A DNA stretch of 64,000 nt from Hamiltosporidium tvaerminnensis FI-OER-3-3 (taxonomy: Eukaryota; Fungi; Microsporidia). The notes below the pieces were generated by a model. That model worked only from the letters and a program-made list of their open reading frames with translations. It searched no databases and was not told where the DNA came from. Position numbers and translations under genes: made by a program. The stretch spans positions 1,116,001 through 1,180,000 of the forward strand of contig JAKIMF020000001.1 of NCBI GenBank assembly GCA_022605425.2, in the 5' to 3' direction. Shown one piece after another: positions 12,521 through 26,800 of this stretch (its first letter is position 1; each line of letters begins with the position of its first letter).

Positions 12521-14023
12521 CCTTATCTAATCATAAATTATACAAAGCAATAATTTTGTACTTCTAGGAATAATTTTTATACCTAATGGATTGTCAAAGC
12601 TTAATAAAATTTGAATCCAGAAATTCCTGCCTCGCACAATCCTTACTTTAATCATATATCGAAGTACTATGTTGATGATCACTTCAGTTTATCGAGATAA
12701 ACAGTTCAGTTTTATTATCAACACTTGCTATGTTTTGATGTTTTATGGTAGATTTTTTTGATTCAATCTAAAATTATCTTTCCTTATTCTCGGTTCAAAG
12801 CCCTAAACGGCAATTTTTTTTAGTAATTTGGTATGATAAAACAAAAATAATAGAAAATTATACATTTTTGGAAATAAGAAGATTAGTATCTAATGGTATT
12901 TTTTGCTTAAATTAAGACTTTTCTAGTACTTGAATTTTATTTGAGTCGTTTCTAACTTTATAAATTGGTATTATATTTATCACAGACATTTATTTAATAT
13001 TAAAACGGCCAGTTGTTTTCTTAAATCATCAGAAAACAAATAAAATTTAACAGCACATCCGAAAAAACACAAAAAATATAAGCACAGTGTGACTAACAAA
13101 ACATCATCTTCATTGAATACATAAAATTAAAATTTGTAACGAATATTTGGTTTAAAATAAATTATAGGAAAAAAAACTTTTATAACATTTAGGATTTGAT
13201 AATAGGTTTTTGCTGAAGTAATCACGATTCTAAGACGAAGAAAATATATTGTAAAAAATTTTTTAACATAAAAAAATTTTAAAAATGAAAAAATATTAAG
13301 GATATAAGACATATATTAAATTATTCCATAATAGATTTAAACTATGTTGATATTTTATGAATATTGATATTGGAATAAAAAAATCTTAATTGTGTGGATT
13401 TAATTAAATATGACAAAAAATTAAGATCTGACTTAAATATTTTATATAAAAATAGGCAGTAAATGATCCAAAGAAGCCATAATTCGCATATTCGGAGGTA
13501 TAGTATGTGACGACACTTTATAAATATTTTTATATTTTTTTTGGGGAGTTAATGGGCAACAAGTGAGAGTTTATATGGCAACTATCAGCCTAAGATAGTA
13601 AATATAAATGGAAGTAATTATATCAAACCAGAAACAAGAAATCAAAAACAAAGGCTGGGATGTATTCATGTGAAAGCATTGCAAAGGAATCTGATTTGTA
13701 GGACAAATCAGAGAGCAATTTATAGACTAGAATATACGACAAACTAATTGGCACACCCAGACACATAATTATAATTTGTTAGATATTTTAGAGTAAATAA
13801 GACATGAACTATATTTGTATCGACGAATATGATTTTGTTTTTGAATTATAGAAATAAAGCTATAATATGTAAATTTGTTTTTAAATTTTCTATAAGTAAC
13901 ACTTTTCATTATCGCGCTTAATTTTTAAATAAAAAAATTCTAAAATTTGAAAAGTTAAATATCTATTCATAAGAAATGAATAAAAATGATCAAAATGAAT
14001 TTGTGTGAATAGTAAGACAGGAA

Positions 14024-15524
14024 TTATTTTCTATGTTTCCATCGCAAATAAAAATAAATTAATTTTTCCATAATTATTAAAAACCTGAAAAAAAATCTAA
14101 ATAAACTGCCGAAAGTATCTGAATAAGTTACAGCATGATTCAATTCATTGTTTTTAAATGCGTTTATATATATATTTTCTGTTTTGCGAGCTATTCGTTT
14201 CCAATTATAATTTTTTTTTACAAATTTGTGAAATCTTATTGGACTGCATTTTTTACAATAAATAATTTCTTTACTTTGTAAAAAATTCATTCGGACGTAA
14301 CTTTTCTAATGAACATTTATCATTTTCAAAGATTTCGTTTATATTTTTTAATTTATTGCAATTTCCACATCCAAATTCACCTTCTTCTACTTTCTTTACA
14401 GTTTTTAATATTCCTTCAACCATGTCTTCACAACTTGTCATCCGTAACTCTATCATCTCATCAGGTAATATTTCGTGTATTCCACCTACATTTGTTGAAA
14501 CTACTATAAGTCCAGAACTTACGGCTTCAATTATTGCCATACAAAATGATTCTGTTAAAGAAGTGTTTAAAAATATTTGACATCTTTGTAATACACCACT
14601 AATATTTTTATTATCTAATTCTCCAAGCATCAATACTCTATTATGTAATTTATTATCATCTATCATTTGTTCCATGTTTTCCCTTTTGTTTCCGTTACCA
14701 ACGATAACAAAATCTACATTTTTTGTCATTGAACATACCATTGGTATTATTTCGATTAATAAATCTACTCCCTTTCTATAAACTAGCCTAGAAACAACAG
14801 CAATTTTTATTCTTTTTTCAAATTCACCAAAAAAACTTTTAAAATTGTCTTCATGTTTAATAAGTTCAAATGGTTCAGCAATTTTTTTACCATTTTTATG
14901 AATAAAATTCGTTACTCCGCATTTTTGCCTTTGAATTTTATTTCGATTTTTCTTACATCTAAAATTTTTACTTTTTACACCGTTCGGAATCACGAAGATC
15001 TTATTTTCTTTTTTAATCTCAAATCTTTCAATCAGATTTTCTTTACAACAATAAGATACACATATATATGCTCCTATATTTTTTAAAATACCTTCACATA
15101 ATTTATTTACTATGATATTTTCAATGCCTCCGGTTTCGAAGATAGAATGTTCTGTAAGCACTGTTGGTATGCCCATAGTAATTGCATGCGATACTCCTTC
15201 AATAGATAAATTTGACATACTCTGGTGTCCATGTACAATTTCAATTTCATTAGAAACAAATATTTCGAAAAAATGTTTGAAATTAGAAAAAAGCGAAGGA
15301 AATGTTGTATTTTGACATACCAAAGGTAAACTAAGGTAATATACTTTTATATAATTATACTTATCGACTTTTAAATAATGTATATCTTTATAATTATCAT
15401 ATGAATGTGTTATTATTATTACTTTATGATTTCTTTTAACTAATTCTTTTGAAAGACACATTATATGAGTTTCTATACCACCTATGTTTGGAAAGAAATA
15501 ATCACAAACCATAGCTATAATCAT
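14024..15524 (-). CDS. PIGA: PIG-A/GPI3 GPI-GlcNAc transferase catalytic subunit, split by a +1 frameshift near 14272-14285
   Basis: Motifs MVCDYFFPNIGGIETHI, VHGHQ, TEHS, VSRLVYRKGVDLL, LNTSLTESFCMAIIEA, STNVGGI. The C-terminal FHKFVKKNYNWKRIARKTENIY and hydrophobic tail are in ORF 14024..14290. Start at 15524 is preceded by CCCTTA. Confidence 0.92.
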
Positions 15525-18498
15525 TAAGGGTAAACAGGGTTTATTGATAAATAACATTAAACTGTGTTATTGATATTATTTTCTTTAAAAGTATAATTTT
15601 TAAGAAACCATCTCCTAAGTAATATGTTATAGTTTTAACAATTTTTTATAATATTTCTTTTAGCGTTATTTTGATTGTTCTAAAGAGTTTTCCAATTTTT
15701 TTTGTTTAAAATTACCTTTTTTTGACTTAGAATGATTCTTAAATATTTATTTATTATAAACCACAGAATCAACTAAAATTAATTAAAAATAAGTTTTTTT
15801 TCAAATTAAAAAGATTGCTTTGAAAGGCAATGAATCATCCTATGATTTTATTTATGTATGATATTATCCACTAATTTGTATTTTAAATTAGCAAAAATAT
15901 ATTTAAAACTGCAAGTTTATATTTAATGGGTTTATGATATTAATTATTATTCGAGATTTTTGGTTTATGGCTGTTCGAAATCTGTACATGTATTTCCTAT
16001 CAAAATATAAAAGTCGTAATTTGTTTCAATGATGAAATAATGTATTTAGTTAGATATAGTGTTAAATTAATTTTTTTTCTTTAGTTATCTTATATATTTT
16101 GTGCCATAGTCAACTTAACTATTTACACCTTAATTTTTTAACAGATCTTCGTTCGCAATTATATCATTCAAAATAAAGATTTTGATATTTTCCTATTATG
16201 GATTTAAAAAATTCTTAATTATTGCACGCTTCTTTAAAAAAAGGTTCATGCTGCAGCAGATCGGCCACTTGTTTGACGTACCATGACAACTGTCTACTAC
16301 GTTTAAAGGAATTTTTCTTTGATTCATAATCTTTTTTAAACCAAATTAATGGTTTTAACCGATTTTAAGTAATACAACCAAACCTAAGGTTCTTTTAATA
16401 CTTATAAAGAGCTTTTTCAGTTACATTTTTTTGTGATTTAGTAGGACAACGATCTTAGGTTATCCTATAAAATGATATTCTCTAACAAAACCTATAAATA
16501 AGGCTTATTCCTTTGTTATAGCCTATATTATTCGATTTTTCGTTAATAAAATTGGAAGCAAATATTGTGAACATATTATAGCCTCAATAAATGTAAAATT
16601 TAATAATTTAAAACGCAAAATATATTTATCTAGCTTATTTTACAAATTTCGAGCTAAAATTTATCCGGTTATACTTCAATTCCGAATACTAAGTTCTAAA
16701 GATTACTATTCTCAATTTTTTTATCGAGACTTGAACTTAAATAAATTTAGAGAAGTATATTTAAAATAAAATCTTAACTATGGCGTTGGGTGTAATCATG
16801 CTCATTTAATTTTTACAAATAATTGTCAAATTTTCTATCAAGGTTATAAAGTTTTACAATACTGATATATACATTCTCCCACCTATAATATAATTTTTCT
16901 TAAATGTAACAGAAAAAACATTGGCATCTAGCTTGATGTCTTCTTTCTGTAACCATTTCGAAGGAAAATAATATTTACTACTCATTGTAAATAGCATTAC
17001 ATGACCTTGAATTCGACTTTTTGTTTTATATTTTGTTGTTTAATTTGCATATTAAATTAATTTTTAGGATTTTATTCTGTTTTTTTTATAAGTTATAGTA
17101 TATTTGTGACTTCATTTAAAAATCCAAGTTGTGAATATTACCTTTCTAATTTCTAAGCCCTTCGATTGTTTTGTAAATATTTCAGTTATTTCTTTCTAAT
17201 TGTCCAAAATTTTTAAAACATATGGTCTATTCATAATTAGCTGGAGGATTCCCCGTCTAAGTTTAACCGAAGGTTGATACAGAGTCATTTTAACCGATCT
17301 GGAGTATATCTTATGTGTCATTTGTACCGAATTTTGCAAAATGGATAAATCAGCAGATTTAAGTCGAACTAATCTATGTTTAACTGATAAACGAATTTGC
17401 GGTATCAATCGCTGCTAATGTTTTTTTATACACCATTTAATGCGAAAAAATCTTTTTACTCTAATAGGATTCCTCTTGTACTCTTGGACGGATTTTTCTT
17501 TTACGTTTAAGCATTAATTCCTATTAGTTTAATTTTTTATACTCAACTAAGTTTTCTAAAAGAGTAGCCGTTGGTGACAGAGTCCTATCATTTATAACTA
17601 GGCTATTATCCATAAAATACCTTCGCCTCATCTTTCCTAAATCTAAATAATTTTCTCCACATATAAACAATTAGGCTCTCAATCAAAACAAATATTATTT
17701 GAGACTAAAAATTCTACTCTTATACATAGTAATCTATTTTCTTTTAATTAAGTTTACAGATCAATTACAACAAATGTAAAAAATACATGCACAACAAATT
17801 TCCTCTTTGCAGAAGACCTTTTCGATCTTTTTGTTTGTGGTTTTGGGGGGACATATTGAACTATGAAATTTCTATCTTGTTTTTTTGAAAAACTAAAATT
17901 TTGGATAAATTCTATAAGCTTGGTTTTTATATATATTTAATTAAATAGTCTAATCTTTCGAAAAAACTTTTTTTTCATATTACATGTAACCATGAAATAA
18001 AATCCCCACTGTAAATAGAAATAACTAATAAAAAAATCTTTTATTTCTTAAACGTCTCTTACTGTCTGACTAACTTCTGCTAATTTCACTGGCTGTTTTT
18101 AATAAGAGCTAACAAATTTTGTAAGTAGTTTCTGAAAACTTGTAAATATTCAGAGCCAATAATTTTTAAATGCCAGGACTTCTACCTAATGCGTCTTATT
18201 CAAACAGATAACTTAGATTGCTATATAACCATTCAGCACATGGCGTTTATTAAAAAAAGCTTTGCAATATCATAACTATACAACAGAAAGTTGTATGTTT
18301 CCTAAAAAAACCATAAATACTAGCAATTCTGGATTCATTCAATTCTTAAATCAATCATATATATATAACCTTATCTAATAAAGAAAAAACTGTCTAATAA
18401 TTATCAATCACAAAGGTATTAGATGCACATTATATAGTGCTGCGTCTTATTTTCGCTTATGAATGTAGACAAAAATTTAAATTTTTTTCTGAATTACC

Positions 18499-18720
18499 TT
18501 ATTTAATTATTCTCTTCCTCTTTTACCTCTCAGTGTCGAGGATAAACAAATCAATGAATTTCATTTTTTCTTTTAATCAGTTATAACTCGGGATTATAGG
18601 GAATTTGGCCTATAGATCCGGTGATGTTTATGTCAACACCGTGGCAGCAATGATGTTAATACGAATTAACACAGTTATTGCCAATTAGATAGTTTTTGAT
18701 TGGATTACCCCCTCCATCTA
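18499..18720 (-). mobile_element. ~220-nt SINE-like element, copy A
   Basis: Shared head and terminal hairpin; TAA-rich tail; flanked by TTCTGA[A/T]TTACC at 18487-18498 and 18721-18732 (TSD). Confidence 0.85.
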
Positions 18721-19719
18721 TTCTGATTTACCCAATCATAAATATAAAAAAAATTTTCATAATAGACTCCACCTCGAAATAACTCAAATTTATTACTCTC
18801 ATTTTAAAATTTCTCGCTATTTTCATAGGTCGTAAGTTTCACACCATAAAACTTTCAAGACATTTTTTTCTTGACGCGAGTTTCAAAAATATTATATTTA
18901 CAGCTCAAATTTAAATTAAATTCTCTTATGGTTTTTTACTAAAGCTATAAACAATTGTAAATTTCACATGTCTACATACTTTGTTAGGGGGTCTTTAGAA
19001 GGTATATATATGGATATTGTTTTTATGTTCCTTTCCAAGCTGATATAGGCTTCTTATTGTGTTCGTCATGCATATCTGCGAAGCTTGTCTAATACGTTTC
19101 TCTTTCAAAAATCAATCAAAAGACATGTGAATTTACATAATCATTCTATTATGTTTATAGGCTCGAGTATTTTGCAAACAATTTTACTTAGGGGTCTCAG
19201 TTCGAACTCCTACCTTGGCGATTGCTTTGATTTTAAGACTTCTAACATGTGTTAACATAAATGATAAATTCATCAAAGATCATGAATCGATAGTAAAAAT
19301 GAAGAAAACCATCTTTTTGTTTTATTCTTGTCATTTTCTGTTCAATCTGTACTATGTTTTTTCAATACTTTGTAAAAATTTAATACAATTTTAAATTTTT
19401 GTACCTTGGAATTCCTGACTGAGTTTTGTATGTGTGCCCTAAAACCTTATTTACTGCTAAATGTATACATTTTTCCTTTCTTGCTCTACAAATTCTTTAT
19501 AATTTTGTATGAATTTTAGAAATATAAGTTTATTTTCATCTGTAATGTGTCCAATCAAATATTTTTTTGGGATATTTGCTAGTTAAATTGAAGCTCATTT
19601 CTAATAGAAATAAAATAGTACTAGCGAATATGAAAATAAAAATATGAATACACATTTGGTTAACAATATATCCAATTCGCCTTTTCTTCTGATCTATGTC
19701 ACATTACTTTAAATAATTT

Positions 19720-22700
19720 TATATATAAAATTCTGGGTTAAAATATTTTTACCATTTTTATATGTCTTCTTCTACCTCTTTAACCACTTTTGTCTCTTCT
19801 TCCAAATCCGACTCTTTATTTATGTTATTGGTCGGTTCCTCTAAAGTGGTTCCTCCTTGTATAAAGGGTGCTTTGTTTTTTGGTTTAAAATTTTTTGCAC
19901 CATCTTCCTCTCTCTTCTCTTCTTTTAAAGAGGGTATTGGTTCCTCGTGATTCTCTGCTCTCATAATAAAACCCATTGACGCTCTCTTCCAGCTCTCTTC
20001 GGCATTTAGTCTTGACTCAAGTCCTCTTCGTCGATCAAAGGAAATTGTTTCGACTGTTTTCTTAAGTACTATAGACTGAATGTATGCCTCTACATTCATG
20101 GGTATTTCTAGTCTTTTAAGATGAGATTTATGGTATTTTGTCACAATACCGTCCCAGGTCATCACATAAGGGATTATCTCAACACTACACTTATAAATAA
20201 GGCCCAACTCATTGGCTAGCAGGTCATACTTCCTAAGTTTTTCAGTTTCAACTATTTGAAGTGAATCTTGGGAAGTGATTCCTACTTCAATGAGTGTTAT
20301 CTTATTCTTCTTCTTATCTAAAATAAATATGTCCGGTCTGTTATTCCGAATTTTAACATCAGTTTTTATTCTGGTGTCCACTCTTATCTCTGCATACTCA
20401 TTATCAAGAATTTCTTTAACTGAGTGACTCCTAATTCGTTTTTAGGACTTAAACTTATATCTATTTAAGAGAAGTAAGTGTAGGCATCTAACCACTTCAT
20501 TATGCCGTCTGGTGTAGTCATGGCCCAGCCATTTTACATCGAGCTGCTAGATGATCTACAGTCTTACCAGACTTCCCGCAGTGTTGACACACACCATCTG
20601 CTCCCCAGAATACATTTCTATCCTGAATATAGAAGAACACAGCTTCATTGCGTGGCCTAATATTCCCTCTCTTTAGCCATCTTGAAGAGTCACTAACACT
20701 CACAAGCTCATTTTTCCTTGCGTTATATAACTTTGAAGTAAGTTTTCGTTTTTCTATTTCGTTATATAGTTTTGCAAGTTGAGCTTCTTCTAAACTTTTC
20801 TTAGTGACTTCTTCTACCCACCTGTACTTTACTTTTAAGAAGCCTTTTATTAGTGCAAGATGGGTTTTATTATTATTCTCCACCTTGAGGATTGCTGCTC
20901 GTCTAGTTGATATTTCTTTACTTTTTTCCAGACAATCCAAGAGTTGCAGAAGCATATGTTCGCTTCGCAACTCAGCACTATGTAGGCCTCTTCCAAGTTC
21001 TGTTCTAGGAAGATACAAACGCTCTTTACATCCTGGGCGGAGATGTATTTTATTCTTCACCAACACCGCACGCACTGCATCATCTAACTTAGAGAAGTCA
21101 GCCGGTTCAAGTCGAAGTACTCCTATGGATAGTTGATTAACGATATCGCATGTTGATTGATTGCACAAAATATTTTTTTTTGCATTTAATCTAGTGTGAC
21201 AAAGTCCTTCAACTCTTGATATAAGTTTACTCTGTACTTCTTCAAATGAGCTACGTGTTGGAATTCCTCTGCTATCTTCTATTATTATAAATATTTGTAA
21301 ACACTAACACCTTCTAGAAGAGTAGCAGTATCTTCACAACACGTATCATTTGTGGCTGACTTCTCTTTGTTAATCTCTAGGCCAATCACATCTAAAAATT
21401 CCTTTACCTCGCCTGTCATAGCACTCAATGTTGAGCTGTCTTTTGCAAGGAGCTTTGGATCATCAATAAACAAGAGATGATTAGTAGAATGGGATTCTGC
21501 ATCTGTTTGTACTGTCACTTTCGTGTATTTTTCAGTAAGCTTTCGGCTTAATGGTCTATACACAACACGAACAACAATGTTGATAAACTATCTCCTTGCA
21601 GAATTACTCTCTCAATCTTCTTGCTCATGACTTTTTCAGGCCCTAGTGATATATCAATTTTCCATTTTCATATAATTACCTTGATAAATCTCACGATCAA
21701 ATCAGGTAAATGAAGGTTTTCAATGCATTGAGTTAAATAAGCATGGTCTATTGAATCATAATCTTTTTTAACAGCAATCCATGTTGCCTTAAGATTGTTT
21801 CCGTACTCTTTATTTAGGGCAATATTAAGTAGAACCTGCTCTTTCGCTCCCTGCACACCTCTTACCGCCCCTAATTGGTTCTCTGCAAGCAACCCTCGCC
21901 TTTCCACTTCAATTTGAACGACTTTCGTTACACACTTTGTCGTTAACTTATAGAGGTTGGACATACAAGTGATTGGCCTGTAGTCAGAGCCTCTTCGTGG
22001 AATTCCTTTCGGTATCAAATACGAAGCCCGCAGTAAAACCAATCGGCTTGAGTTGTTCCTTCTAAACATATAACTTCAATATCATAAATATATTTGTGAA
22101 GAGTTGTAAGTTTCTTAATGAAAAAATTGTAAATACCATCAATTCCAGCAGCTTTCCAATTAGCGAGCCAATTAATGATATTTACAAATTCATCAAGTGA
22201 AGGAAACGTGGTCGGATGATTATCTGATACAAATGGAATCAAATAATCATCATACGTGACTGTGTCATCATTTTTGTTCCACATTGTAGACCAAAAACTC
22301 ACAATTTCATCACGACTAACCACATGCTCGGATTCCACACGCTCAGATAACCCACGATAAAATCGACCTCGGAAAAGCTCAAACATACTATTCTCTTTTC
22401 GGAATTGCTTCCTACTTTCATACATCGTAATTTTTTTCTCGTAAACATTCAAAGACTCATTCTTCTTAACTAAAGCCTCAGAAAGATCAGTTACGCTGCT
22501 CAATTTTAAATTAAACTCTCGCATGATTTTCTTAAGGCTCTTCGTTTCCGAAGTGGAGAGCTTTTCCTGCTTACGAGCCTTCTCGAGAAGATCTTTGGAA
22601 AGTACTAACTTAGAAATTTTACTTTCTATGTTTTCCTAACAAGCGGATCTAGGCATTTCTTTGCGTGTTGCCTCGTCATAGCATACCTGGGCTGCCTGGA

Positions 22701-23493
22701 TTATCCGTGCCACTGCCGATATCGTCATCGGCACATAAGAATCAGCTCACTTATCGATAATTCGATTAATAAGGTCCAACACTTTACTGTCAAGAAATTC
22801 ATTTGGAAGCTTTCGAGTTCGGACCACCACTTTTCCAATTTCGTTCTCCGAGATTTCTTTGATTTTACTCAAAAATTTATCTTTCAGGTTTATGTACTCT
22901 GTGGTGTCAGTCAGGGTGCATGGCTCAGTCAGACAAGTGGCGATTCTACGTCGCTTTCTATTCTCTTCTTGCCTTATTTCCCTTTCTGCTTAATTTTGTG
23001 CGAGTTTTTTAAACGCATCGATATCTAATGTGCAGCCAAATTTCTCATTATAGTACCTCATAGTAGCGGGCCAGCCATTTCTGGGCATTCTCTCAAACCT
23101 CTTTTGCACTGCTAGAATAGCAGATCTAGGCCATTCCTGCTCTACGATTGTGACAGAGTCAAGTATTGAGTGCAATACCATCAGTCGATTCCCTTCTAGA
23201 ATGGCCTCTGTATTGAGGTTTGTCATGCCGTTGGCTGGTCAACATGCAGTGGCATCGGTACCAGAAGACGAGAGTATGGTTTCAACCAAGCAGACTAGAC
23301 TAGTCTGGCAACTACTGCTTGGTGGTTGATGGGTGGTGTCATGGAAGGTCGGTGGAGGTGGAAGTCTCTCGGATAACATTGCTAGCATCTATATCACACA
23401 TCGAAATCTCTCCTGCACTGTTCTCTAAGTTGTTTACAGCCTTTATTTGTTCATTTTTTATTTTTCGCTGTCTACTTTTTTCCTTCTACCCAT
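19720..23493 (-). mobile_element. Full-length RLE-type (R4/Dong-like) non-LTR retrotransposon with a disrupted single ORF
   Basis: RT motifs (NWKAAGIDGI, DYRPITC, ILQGDSL, HLLFIDD), CCHC knuckle CQHC...HLAARC, RHNEVV and PD-(D/E)xK-type RPDIFILD...IEV. Exact 18-bp TSD CATTACTTTAAATAATTT at 19702-19719 and 23494-23511; short (TA)n tail. Confidence 0.95.
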
Positions 23494-24849
23494 CATTACT
23501 TTAAATAATTTCACTTCATTTATGCTATTGATTTTTTAAGAATTTGATGAAGATAAGAAAGAATCGTTAATCTTTTAAATGCCATTGCGGCTTCACAATG
23601 GTTTTCTTTCGGTTACCTTTCGCTTAAAATTTAAAAATGGATGATAGTGAATTATAGAACGGGATTAATAACAATACGTTTTGTCAATTTTCCCAAAAAA
23701 ACGAAAAGAGAAATATATCTCATAGAATACCCTTGAAGTAGAAAAAAGTATCAAGATATCACTAAAATATATACATATATATTGTAATGATTTTCTTAGG
23801 TAAAACATGAAATTATAGTATATTTCCAATTTACTAATTGATTTTTTAAAGTATAGTTATAGAACTCTCGTAACAAAAACATAAAATAATGAAATTTTAA
23901 GAAGTTTTTTTCATTTTTCTTGCAAATATGTGCATTATTTTAGATAAAGAAGAAAGAAACTTGGGAAATTTTGAAAAAGAGCAAAAAAAAATAAATCCCT
24001 ACTAAAAGATGCGGTAAACACAAAATAAATTTAATTAATGCCAAATAGAATTTGCATAGGTAATATTTTAAGATACTAAGAAATGTGTAATGTTTTAAAT
24101 ATTATGCAAAAATATTTAACTAAATAGTCGGTCCGTTGAATATAAATCTTAAAGCATGATTCGGAATTATTTTTAAATATATTCTCATTTTACTATAAAA
24201 ATGATTCAGGCTTTATTATAAAAGCTTTTCTTAAATTTATTGCGATTAATATTTAAAGAATAACGAAAATATTAAATTTTATTCAGTGAATAAATCTATA
24301 AATGTAATATGGTAAGATTCCTCAGCGGTGAATGAATTCTTTAGCACGGAGCTGTGTATTTCTACTTGATTAAATCAGTTAAGATTGTATTTATTTTTAA
24401 AGACAAATTATAAAGAAAAAAATGTGGTTTAAATTTATATTCAATTTATAGATATTAGTTTTCCAAATATTTCTAATTTTTTTCAAAGAAAAAAATATTA
24501 CAGAAGGAAAATTAAAAAATATTATTAAAATATATTTGATTCCATATTTAAAACATTAAGGGTCGAAAATAGGTTTGAATTATTTAATATATTTTCTTCT
24601 GTTTTAAACATCATTGGCCTCATCCAATAAATTCAAAACTTCGTTATATTTATTGTTAGTTCTTCTAATAAGGTTAATCCTCTAAAATATCAGATATATA
24701 TTTTTTTGATTTTTTTTCTTTTTCTTACTCGTTACTTGCATTTTTAAGAGTATTGGTTTCTTGTGTATTCCGGCGCTTTTTTTAAAACTTTATGAATGTT
24801 CTCTGTAAATTATCAATAGTGTTGGATGCATATTTAAATTTTCTTCGTC

Positions 24850-26800
24850 AACAAAATAATTTTTTTAACGGGTTTATTGTACATTATTAATTATTTTTAT
24901 ACATCTACGTTCATTTATATTCGAAGTCATTTACTGTATATATTATGGTATTTTGTCACAATACTGCATCTAGTTTATCTCACAAGTGGTTATTACAACA
25001 TTACTGCGTATATGAGATTCAACTCGATATCGATAATGCATACTTCTTGGTTTTTCAGTCTGAATTATTTAAGTAAATTTAGGAAAATATTCCTATTGCA
25101 ATGAAAGTTACATTATTTTGCTATTATCTAAAATAAATGTAGTATATTGCTATGAATTTTCACTATGGATTTTATTCTGGTTTTTACTCTTTTTTCGAAT
25201 TCTCTTTTTCGAGAATTTCATGAACTGATCGACGCCCAATTCGTTTTGTAGTCTTAAAATTATATCTATTTTTAGGAAGTAATTAAGTAACCTTAATACT
25301 TTGCTATAATTTCTGATATAATCATTTCCGAGCATTTATACACATCGAGTCGCCAAATGATATAGCGCTTCCGCTAGTAACTATCATATTGAAACTTTCT
25401 TCATGAAAATCATAATGCATTACGATTCTATGATTAAAAGAATACGTCTGCCTAAAATGAATTAATACTTCATTTCTTTGGCCATCTTGAAGCAGCATTT
25501 GCCCTCACAAGATCATTTTTCTTGCATTATAAAACTCGAAATGTGGTTTTTATTTTTGGATTACGTTATATTACGTTTCTAAATGTGATCTTCTTCTAAT
25601 TTATTTTTGTTTAATTCCTCTTCCAACCTATATTTTACTTTTCAAAACCTTTCATCTGTGCTATATGGGATTCATTGTAGATTCATTTTTAAAATTTCAA
25701 GAATTTGAGTTGATATTTCCTTGCTTTTTTAGAAAGTTCAAATGTCCCGTAAAAATATTTTTTCCGCAAATCAACATTCTGGAAGCCTTTTGCAATTTTA
25801 TGGAAAAATATGCAAGAATTTCAAATACTGGCTTGAGTTGAACTTAACTCTTTCATATAACACAAGAAATTTATTTTCTACATTAAGAAGACAGACTGTT
25901 CAAGCTTGATACATCAACGTGATAAATTATCAACTATAGTGCATTTAAATTGTGTTTAAAAAAAATTACATTTTATCTAGTTCGAAACATTTTTATTAAA
26001 CCTTGATGATGGTTTTTAATTTGAGTTTTTTATAACCTATCGAAATGTGATAACCTTTTAGTGTATATTATTATTGCGACAAAAGGCTTTTTTTTCGTGC
26101 TAATCTACGAAAAAATTATTTCCGGTTGTTTCGTACAATAATTCAGAAAAACATTGGTGATTTTCTATCATAAAAATGCTGATCGTCTATTAAATTATAG
26201 GATTGTTCTAAAGTTTTATCATTAAATTCATTCAAAGATTTTCATAAATATTCTAAAATTTTTTCACAAAATATATTTAAAAAGTTTTTAGTCTCCTGCT
26301 TATATCAAATAAACAGCAAGTTTAATTCAAACACTGAAGATAAATTGCATATTTGAAGTTTATTTCCTTTATTATATTCAACTAGCTGTTATGCTCGTAG
26401 AAGAGAACTTTCTTTTACATTCCTAAGCAAAAAATGCAGTAAATAACCACAAACTTCATTATCTGAGCTAAACTTTTTTTAAATTTTGCATAGGAATTTC
26501 TTATTCTCAATTGGTCTGTTTCTCTATATTTTTTTAGGCTTTCATTTCTAAATTATTACCCGCTTGAGCAATTTTTCAATAAAATTCTAGGCTTTTTTAA
26601 CCTGCATATTTCCAAATTTCTTTCATATTTACCTCTAAATTTTCTGAGCTTCAACTCTTCTTTAATATTTAGTCTGTTCACCTTCCATCTATTTTTATTA
26701 ATTCTTTCCTTTTTCTCAATGAAATTTTTTACTGTAAGTGTTTTATTTCTCAAAAAAACCTTGTTCTTTAACTATATTCTGTATTGTTTACTTTATTTAT
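24850..26800 (-). mobile_element. Highly degenerate copy of the R4/Dong-like element
   Basis: Patches such as GGTATTTTGTCACAATAC (~24947) and GCCATCTTGAAG (~25481) are collinear with 19720-23493. The 5' limit is uncertain. Confidence 0.65.
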
